64,000 bases of DNA from Thermoanaerobaculia bacterium. Lineage in GTDB: Bacteria > Acidobacteriota > Thermoanaerobaculia > Multivoradales > Multivoraceae. Shown piece after piece: positions 57,466 to 64,000 of the stretch (position 1 is its first letter; the number at the start of each line of letters is the position of its first letter). The position numbers were made by a program, and so were the translations under genes. Below the pieces are notes generated by a model. The model was not told where the DNA came from and searched no databases. It saw only the letters and a program-made list of their open reading frames with translations. The stretch covers positions 3,456,001 through 3,520,000 of the forward strand of contig OY761158.1 in NCBI GenBank assembly GCA_963664405.1, read 5' to 3'.

Positions 57466-58314
57466 ATGTCCTGGTTCCGACGCAAGAAAGGCCCCCGCCG
57501 CCGTTCCTCAGAGACGGCTCGCAGACAGGTGCCCGAGGGCCTTTGGGTCAAGTGCGAGTCCTGCAAAGAGATCGTCTACTCGCGAGACCTCGATCAGGCG
57601 AAAGGAGTGTGTCCGAAGTGCGGGTTTCACTTTCGTGTCGACGCGCCGACTCGGATCCAGCTGCTCCTAGACGAAGATCCCGGCCCCGACCTCTTCGCTG
57701 GCGTCCTTCCCGCCGACCCGCTAGGTTGGACAGACACTCGCCCCTATCAAGAGCGGCTCCGTTCTCATCAGGAGCGCTTCGGTGTCGAAGAGGCGGTGGT
57801 GGTTGTAGAGGGCAGACTCGAGGGGCAGCGATTGATCCTGGCGGTGATGGACTTTCGCTTCATGGGCGGCTCGATGGGTTCCGTCGTCGGCGAGAAGATC
57901 ACCCGTGGGGTCGAGCTCGCCCTCAAGCGTCACCTTCCTCTGATCGTCGTTTCAGCGTCTGGCGGTGCCCGCATGCAGGAGGGCGTTCTCTCGCTCATGC
58001 AGATGGCAAAGATCTCGGCCGCGCTGCGTCGCTATCGTGACGCCGGGCTCCCCTACCTCTCGGTGCTGACCGACCCCACCACCGCGGGCGTTATGGCCTC
58101 GTTTGCCATGCTCGGCGATCTCAATATCGCGGAGCCCGGCGCACTCATCGGCTTCACCGGCCAGCGGGTGATCGAGCAAACCATCGGTGAGAAGCTGCCT
58201 GAAGGGTTTCAGCGCAGTGAGTTCCTCTTGGAGAAGGGCTTTCTCGACCTAGTTGTGCACCGTGGGCAGCTCAAGTCGACACTGGGCCGCTGCCTTCGCC
58301 ACTTGACGACGTAG
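57466..58314 (+). CDS. accD: Acetyl-CoA carboxylase carboxyltransferase beta subunit
   Basis: CESC/CPKC zinc finger; GGSMGSVVGEK and GGARMQEG motifs. Confidence 0.95.
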   Translation: MSWFRRKKGPRRRSSETARRQVPEGLWVKCESCKEIVYSRDLDQAKGVCPKCGFHFRVDAPTRIQLLLDEDPGPDLFAGVLPADPLGWTDTRPYQERLRSHQERFGVEEAVVVVEGRLEGQRLILAVMDFRFMGGSMGSVVGEKITRGVELALKRHLPLIVVSASGGARMQEGVLSLMQMAKISAALRRYRDAGLPYLSVLTDPTTAGVMASFAMLGDLNIAEPGALIGFTGQRVIEQTIGEKLPEGFQRSEFLLEKGFLDLVVHRGQLKSTLGRCLRHLTT

Positions 58315-58316
58315 GC

Positions 58317-59711
58317 TTGTTGGCTGGAGACGCGGTGCTGAGCGCTCCCAACAGTCAGTCGCCGGAGGCGATCCTCGCCGAGCTCGAAGTGTTCGGTGTG
58401 CGGCTCGGTCTCGACTCGACGCTTCGGCTACTCAAGGGTGTCGGCGATCCGCAGACAAAGTATCCGGTCGTGCTCGTCGCCGGCACCAACGGCAAAGGCT
58501 CTACCTCGGCTCTGCTTGCATCGATCCTCTCTGCGGCCGGTTACGACGTTGGTCTATTCACCTCTCCGCATCTGGAGAGTGTCGAGGAGCGGATTCGGGT
58601 CGCTGGTCGATGCATCTCTCGGAAAGACCTTGGTAGAGAGCTGGCGACGGTTGTCGCAACGGGCCACCGGATTCTCGGTCACCCTCCGACCTACTTCGAA
58701 GCGCTCACAGTGGCGGCGTACGCCTACTTCGAGCGCTCGGGTGTTGACGTCGCGGTGATGGAAGTCGGTCTCGGAGGTCGACTCGACGCGACCAACGCCG
58801 CCGAGCCGATTCTGTCGCTCGTCACTTCGATCTCACTCGACCATATGCATGTTCTGGGCGAGAACGTCGACTTGATCGCCCGAGAGAAGGCTGGCATCTT
58901 ACGGGCCGGCGTCCCGTCGTTGAGCTGGGTCGAGGACGCCGAGGCCATGAATGCGCTCCAAGAAGAAGCCGGTAGGCGGGGTGCGCAGCTGGTCGATGCT
59001 CGTGTCGGCACGGTGTGGAACGAGATCGGCTCGTACACCGACGGCCGTCATTGGGAGCTCTCGACCGTCGAGGCCAGATACCGATTTGCTCCGCTGCTTC
59101 GGGGCGACTACCAGGCTCGCAATATCGGGTTGGCGGTTCGCGCCGGCGAGACTCTCCAGCGCCGCGGCTGGGCGATAGGGATCGAGGCGATCGAGAGCGG
59201 AGTGCGCGACTGCCTCTGGCCGGGGCGATGCGAGCTCATAACTCTACCGAGCGGGCACCAGGTGCTCCTAGAGGCCGCCCATAACGAAGAGGGGATCACT
59301 CTTCTCCGCCGGCTGATCCAGCGAATGTGGACACCAGAGAAGAGCTCGGGGGCTCCCGGAACCAGTAATTGGACCGTGATTTTCGGGGCGCTCGATGACA
59401 AGCCCTCTGAAGAGATGCTTCGGACGGTCGCCGAGGGTGCCGGTCGCGTGATCCTGACGGCTCCCAAGACACCTCGCGCAACCGACCCGGCGGCGCTGGC
59501 GCCTCTCCTCGAAGCGGGACGCGGAGTTGTTGCCGCCGATACAGGTGCGGCTCTCGACCTCGCGCTCGAAGAGGAGAGCCTTGGAATCGTGGTCTGCGGC
59601 TCGATCTATTTGGTCGGCGAGATGCGCGAGGAGCTTCGGCGCCGCTATGGCCATCCCCCTCCCGCGACCGAAGCACTGACGCTCGAGCGCGGCCGCCGAC
59701 CGAGGTTGTAG
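58317..59711 (+). CDS. folC: Folylpolyglutamate/dihydrofolate synthase
   Basis: GTNGKGS, EVGLGGRLDATN, WPGR and GSIYLVG motifs. Confidence 0.94.
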   Translation: MLAGDAVLSAPNSQSPEAILAELEVFGVRLGLDSTLRLLKGVGDPQTKYPVVLVAGTNGKGSTSALLASILSAAGYDVGLFTSPHLESVEERIRVAGRCISRKDLGRELATVVATGHRILGHPPTYFEALTVAAYAYFERSGVDVAVMEVGLGGRLDATNAAEPILSLVTSISLDHMHVLGENVDLIAREKAGILRAGVPSLSWVEDAEAMNALQEEAGRRGAQLVDARVGTVWNEIGSYTDGRHWELSTVEARYRFAPLLRGDYQARNIGLAVRAGETLQRRGWAIGIEAIESGVRDCLWPGRCELITLPSGHQVLLEAAHNEEGITLLRRLIQRMWTPEKSSGAPGTSNWTVIFGALDDKPSEEMLRTVAEGAGRVILTAPKTPRATDPAALAPLLEAGRGVVAADTGAALDLALEEESLGIVVCGSIYLVGEMREELRRRYGHPPPATEALTLERGRRPRL

Positions 59712-59728
59712 GAGATCAGCGCCGGCTA

Positions 59729-60184
59729 TCAGGCTGCCGGGTCTTTCCCGCCTTCTTCCGCTTTCGCTTCTTCCGGTTCGGCAGCGGGGGCTTCTTCTTC
59801 CTCGGCGGGTGCTGCCGCGGCCTGTGCGGGCTCTGCTTCCGGCTCCTCGGCAGCCTCTGAGCTGTCTTGCTTCTCCTTCGCCGGCTCGGTCGTGACTTCC
59901 GCTTCGGGCTCTACTGCGGTCTCAGGAGCTGGATCAGGAGCGGCCGCGCTTTCGGCTTGTGGCTCCTCCGGCGCCGGCGGCGGTGCCGGTTCTGCCGCAG
60001 GCTCCGCTTTCTTGACTGCCTTCTTGGCGGCTTTTCGTGCTACTGCCTTTTTGGCCTCCGCCTTCTTGCGCGATGACTTGGCGCTCGCTTTACCGCGCTT
60101 GGCGATCTCCTCTTGAAGTTTCTTTTTCAGTCGCTTGCGTCGACGTTGGCGTCGACGCTTTAGCTGTCTATCTTTTTCGCGCAT
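59729..60184 (-). CDS. Low-complexity protein with an Arg/Lys-rich N-terminus and an Ala/Glu/Pro-rich C-terminus
   Basis: AGGAGTAAGG before ATG 60184; MREKDRQLKRRRQRRRKRLKKK start. Confidence 0.65.
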   Translation of the reverse strand: MREKDRQLKRRRQRRRKRLKKKLQEEIAKRGKASAKSSRKKAEAKKAVARKAAKKAVKKAEPAAEPAPPPAPEEPQAESAAAPDPAPETAVEPEAEVTTEPAKEKQDSSEAAEEPEAEPAQAAAAPAEEEEAPAAEPEEAKAEEGGKDPAA

Positions 60185-60325
60185 CCTTACTCCTGGTGTT
60201 GCGTCGCTCTCATAGGGGTCCGTTAGTGGCGGCACCAGAACCCATGGGTCGAATCCGGCTACGCGCCTTTCCTTCTCGTGGCGCGGCGTATCCTACTTCA
60301 ACTGCTCGGTTTGTACCCATCGACA

Positions 60326-60847
60326 TCAGGGGCCGCTCGGTAGGTTCTCCAGCTCCTCCTGCAATCCACGGTCAGCGGCGGCTACCCGCTCGGCCATTGC
60401 CTGGCGATGGTCGCCCAGGCGCTGCTCAAGAGCTGCGTCGTTTCCGGCGAGAATTCGAAGAGCTAGCAGCGCCGCGTTATCGGCTCGACCGATTCCCACG
60501 GTCGCAACGGGGATCCCGCCCGGCATCTGCACTGTGGCGAGCAGGGCGTCCATGCCGACCAGGGGTCCGCTGGCGAGCGGGACCCCGATCACCGGAAGTG
60601 TTGTCTGGGCGGCGACTACGCCTGCGAGGTGTGCGGCAACACCGGCCCCCGCGACGATCGCGGCAAGGCCTCTTTGGCGCGCGCTAGTGGCGTAATCGGA
60701 AGCGGCCTCGGGGGTCCGATGCGCCGAGAGAATGCGAACCTCGGATGCGACTCCGAATTCGTCGAGCGTCTTCTTGGCGGCCTCCATGACCGGCCAGTCG
60801 GATTTGCTGCCCATGATGATGCCGACACGAGGGCTCTTTTCGCTCAT
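60326..60847 (-). CDS. purE: N5-CAIR mutase
   Basis: MGSKSD, SAHRTP and [11 protein letters not shown] motifs. Confidence 0.96.
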   Translation of the reverse strand: MSEKSPRVGIIMGSKSDWPVMEAAKKTLDEFGVASEVRILSAHRTPEAASDYATSARQRGLAAIVAGAGVAAHLAGVVAAQTTLPVIGVPLASGPLVGMDALLATVQMPGGIPVATVGIGRADNAALLALRILAGNDAALEQRLGDHRQAMAERVAAADRGLQEELENLPSGP

Positions 60848-60856
60848 TGGTTGCCT

Positions 60857-62413
60857 CTAAAGTGGAATGTTGCCGTGCTTCTTGGGCGGCAAGCTCGTCC
60901 GCTTGCTGCTGAGCTGCCTCAGGGCGCGGATGATCTCGGGGCGGGTTACGCGGGGCTTGATTATGGCGTCGATGTAGCCTCGCTCGGCGGCGATATAGGG
61001 ATTGGAGAATTTCTCTCTGTACTCGCGCGCCTTTGTCGCCCGTACTTCTTCCGCCTGCTCTCCTGCCGCCGCGATCTCCCGCCGATAAAGGACGTTGACC
61101 GCGGCCTCGGGGCCCATGACGGCGATTTCAGCATGAGGGTAGGCGAGGTTGACGTCTGTGCGGATGTGCTTTGATGCCATTACGCAGTACGCACCGCCAT
61201 AAGCCTTGCGAGTGATTACAGTGATCTTGGGAACTGTCGCTTCCGCGAAGGCATAGAGGAGCTTGGCCCCGTGCTTGATGATTCCACCGAACTCCTGTTG
61301 GGTCCCTGGTAGGAAGCCGGGTACGTCTTCGAAGGTAATGAGCGGAATGTTGAAAGCGTCGCAGAAACGAACAAAACGGGCGCCCTTGAGTGAGGCGGAG
61401 ATATCTAGAACCCCTGCCAGGTAGCCTGGTTGATTGGCAACGATTCCTACCGATCGGCCGGCGAATCTGGCAAAGCCGACGACGAGGTTGCGGGCATAGT
61501 CCTTCTGTATCTGGAGGAAACGGCCGTCATCGACTACCGAATGGATGAGATCGGTAATGTCGTATGGCCGGTTGGGATCTTCCGGAATGAGCGTGTCGAG
61601 CGACTCGTCCTCACGATCGGGGTCGTCTTCGGTGTCTCGTAGAGGTGGATCTTCGAGGTTGTTGCTTGGTAGGTAGGAGAGCAAATCGCGGATCGCCGCG
61701 ATGCAGGCGGCATCATTCGCTAAAGTGAAATGGCTCACGCCGCTCTTGGTCGCGTGGGTGGCGGCGCCGCCGAGCTCTTCCATCGAGACCTCTTCGTGCG
61801 TCACCGTCTTGATTACGTCGGGCCCGGTCACAAACATGTAACTGGTTTCGGCGACCATGAAGATGAAGTCGGTGATCGCCGGAGAGTAGACCGCGCCTCC
61901 CGCGCACGGGCCCATGATGGCGCTGATCTGGGGGACCACGCCTGATGCGAGTGTGTTGCGGAGAAATATGTCCGCGTAGCCGCCTAGGGAGGCCACGCCC
62001 TCTTGGATCCTGGCACCGCCACCGTCGTTGAGACCGATCAGTGGCGCTCCGTTCTCGACTGCAAGGTCCATGATCTTGCAGATCTTTTCGGCATTGGTCT
62101 CGGACAGGGAGCCGCCGAAAACAGTGAAGTCCTGGGCAAAGACATAGGTGAGGCGGCCGTCGACGGCACCGTAGCCACAGACAACGCCGTCCCCCGGCAC
62201 AAGGCTCTTCTCCATGCCGAAGTCTTGACAGCGGTGCACCACCAGCGAATCGATCTCGACGAAGGACCCCGGATCCAGGAGCAGCTCGACACGCTCGTGG
62301 GCAGTCAGCTTTCCAGCGTCGTGCTGTCGCTTGATGCGCTCGTCGCCTCCTCCCAGCCGAGAGGCCTCGAGCTTTAGATTCAGCTCTTCGAACTTGGCTT
62401 CCGTCGTGCTCAT
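60857..62413 (-). CDS. pccB: Acyl-CoA (propionyl-CoA type) carboxylase beta subunit
   Basis: [19 protein letters not shown] and DVPGFLPG motifs; KKHGNIPL C-terminus. Confidence 0.92.
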   Translation of the reverse strand: MSTTEAKFEELNLKLEASRLGGGDERIKRQHDAGKLTAHERVELLLDPGSFVEIDSLVVHRCQDFGMEKSLVPGDGVVCGYGAVDGRLTYVFAQDFTVFGGSLSETNAEKICKIMDLAVENGAPLIGLNDGGGARIQEGVASLGGYADIFLRNTLASGVVPQISAIMGPCAGGAVYSPAITDFIFMVAETSYMFVTGPDVIKTVTHEEVSMEELGGAATHATKSGVSHFTLANDAACIAAIRDLLSYLPSNNLEDPPLRDTEDDPDREDESLDTLIPEDPNRPYDITDLIHSVVDDGRFLQIQKDYARNLVVGFARFAGRSVGIVANQPGYLAGVLDISASLKGARFVRFCDAFNIPLITFEDVPGFLPGTQQEFGGIIKHGAKLLYAFAEATVPKITVITRKAYGGAYCVMASKHIRTDVNLAYPHAEIAVMGPEAAVNVLYRREIAAAGEQAEEVRATKAREYREKFSNPYIAAERGYIDAIIKPRVTRPEIIRALRQLSSKRTSLPPKKHGNIPL

Positions 62414-62552
62414 GCTTGTCTTGGCGTTGATCAGGTTCCTTTTGGCCTGTGGACCGGCGTTGCTTATCACAAGCCCGACCTCACCCTCAATGCCTGAGTG
62501 CGGCTCCCCACCTAAAAGTGCACACTTTGTCGGCCGCGGCTAGAATCGCCAG

Positions 62553-63866
62553 GTGGACTTTCTCGACGTGGATGGGGGCGCCATCGCCAGAGTTCTGAGC
62601 CTGGTCTCAGAAGACCCCGCCGCCCTTGTCGATGCCTTCTTCGAGCGAAGAGAAGAGCTCGAGCTGATGCCGGCCGGGGAGTCCTGTGGGATCCGCACCC
62701 GCAGAGAGGAGGGGTTCGCCATTCGGCTGGTTTCCGGTGATCAGACCTGGATGGTGAGTCGAGACGCGCTCGACGGCGATCTCGTTCTCGAAGCGGTGCG
62801 CCGTACCGCTCGACGCATGGCACAGGGACTTGCGCTGGCGCCGCGGCTGCGCCCGCTGCCCTGGGAGGACTCTGGTGATCGCGCCGAGATGATGGCGTTT
62901 CCAGCGGAAGTCGAGACGCGGCTGCGAAAGCGCCGGCTCGCTTTTCCTTGCCGGCTCTTGCTTCGCCGTCATCGGCGCTGGATCAAGGTGATCGGCCGAG
63001 AGTTCGTAGGTGACACTGAGGTCGAAGAGTTCTGGAGCCTACGCGCGGACTTGCCAGGGGGGCCGTGGGGCACTCTCGTCCCTGCGCTTACAAGCGATGC
63101 AGCCGAGAAGGTGGCCTCGTCGCTCAGCGGCCTGTTCCGTGCTCGGCACGCGGTACCGCCGTCGCGCGGCCGCGTTGATCTCCTCCTCGGGCCGTCGGCT
63201 GCGGCGGTCTTCCTGCACGAGGCAGTGGCGCATGCGCTCGAGATCGACACTCTCGCTGCCTCTGGTGATCCTGAGTCGGCGATCGGATACCGATTGGGGA
63301 GCAGAGTGCTCGATCTGTTGGACGATCCGGCCAGCGGGCCGCCGGGCCTGAGGCGAGTGACCGATGACGAGGGCGCGCCGGTGTTGCGTAGATGGCTTCT
63401 GCGCCGGGGCGAGGTGGCTCAGCCGCTGGCGGATCGGCGCTGGGCGAGACTGTCTGCGACACTGAGCCCTGGTGCCGGACGGCGTCAATCGCGGCACACG
63501 CTTCCAGGTCCCCGCTCTATTCATCTCGAGCTCCTGCCGGGTCGAAAGCCCGTGGCGAAGCTTGCCGAGGAGGTTGACCATGGCCTCTTCGTGCCCGAGG
63601 CCTCGCGGGGACTGCTCGATCCCCTGTCTGGAGAGTTCGAGATCCACTTCTCCCACGGCCGCGAACTGCGGCGGGGGAAGCTCGAGAAGAGGGTCGGCGC
63701 CTTCTCGGTGCGCGGCCGCCTTGGCGACCTGCTTTCGAGAGTATCTGCGATTGGTTCCGATTCGAGCCTGGCGGGTGCCGGGTGGTGCGCCAAAGGAGGA
63801 CAACGTCTGCCGGTATGGAGCACGACTCCGTCACTCCTCATCGCCGGTGTCGAGGTGGAAGGGTGA
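62553..63866 (+). CDS. TldD/PmbA family metalloprotease (TldD-like)
   Basis: HEAVAHALE, DDEG and CAKGGQRLPV motifs. Confidence 0.85.
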   Translation: MDFLDVDGGAIARVLSLVSEDPAALVDAFFERREELELMPAGESCGIRTRREEGFAIRLVSGDQTWMVSRDALDGDLVLEAVRRTARRMAQGLALAPRLRPLPWEDSGDRAEMMAFPAEVETRLRKRRLAFPCRLLLRRHRRWIKVIGREFVGDTEVEEFWSLRADLPGGPWGTLVPALTSDAAEKVASSLSGLFRARHAVPPSRGRVDLLLGPSAAAVFLHEAVAHALEIDTLAASGDPESAIGYRLGSRVLDLLDDPASGPPGLRRVTDDEGAPVLRRWLLRRGEVAQPLADRRWARLSATLSPGAGRRQSRHTLPGPRSIHLELLPGRKPVAKLAEEVDHGLFVPEASRGLLDPLSGEFEIHFSHGRELRRGKLEKRVGAFSVRGRLGDLLSRVSAIGSDSSLAGAGWCAKGGQRLPVWSTTPSLLIAGVEVEG

Positions 63867-64000
63867 TCGGTGAAGAAGGCTCAGCTGTGCTGGCTTCGCT
63901 GTCGCGGCGTGGCTTCGAGCAGGCCGAGGTATTCGCCAAACGCGGACGGTCTCGCCGTTTCGAGATCGGTCCTGAAGGCGTGAGAGTAACCTCGGCGGAA
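63863..64000 (+). CDS. Probable PmbA/TldE partner, 3'-truncated by the window edge
   Basis: GTG overlaps the upstream TGA; GFEQAEVFAKRGRSRRFE; frame open to the window end. Confidence 0.6.
   Translation, partial: MIGEEGSAVLASLSRRGFEQAEVFAKRGRSRRFEIGPEGVRVTSAE

Noticed and set aside
57354-57566. 71-aa N-terminal extension of YebC
   Set aside because: The canonical MSGHSKW start is at 57353, and the extension overlaps the divergent accD

Overview
GC-rich bacterial chromosome segment, probably Acidobacteriota (inferred from gene content and small conserved hypothetical proteins). Most of it is core genes: mrdA-rodA-rng, wzm-wzt, fadD-yggT-yggS, tRNA(CAT), rpsU-dnaG-rpoD, uvrD, truA-uppS-cdsA-rseP, rpe-bamD-cpoB, gatB-ftsEX, tonB-exbD-exbD-exbB, ruvC-yebC, accD-folC, purE, pccB and tldD. 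Three host genes (pepF, a LysM gene and ftsX) are each split by an antisense insertion with an exact target-site duplication, and removing the insertion restores a full-length frame in all three. Two of the insertions are diverged members of the same four-gene IS21-like design: a Cys-rich ORF, istA, istB and a small conserved ORF ending inside the terminal repeat. The third is a nested IS30/IS3 composite that appears to use a borrowed outer end. Other notable items are an LPS-type kinase fused to a glycoside-hydrolase-like barrel near Wzm/Wzt, a 7 x 59-bp double-hairpin GTAG array, a 91-bp CTAG-bounded element present twice at TAG stop codons, a cysteine-free peroxiredoxin-fold protein, and two likely CTG start codons. 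No CRISPR array or rRNA was seen.
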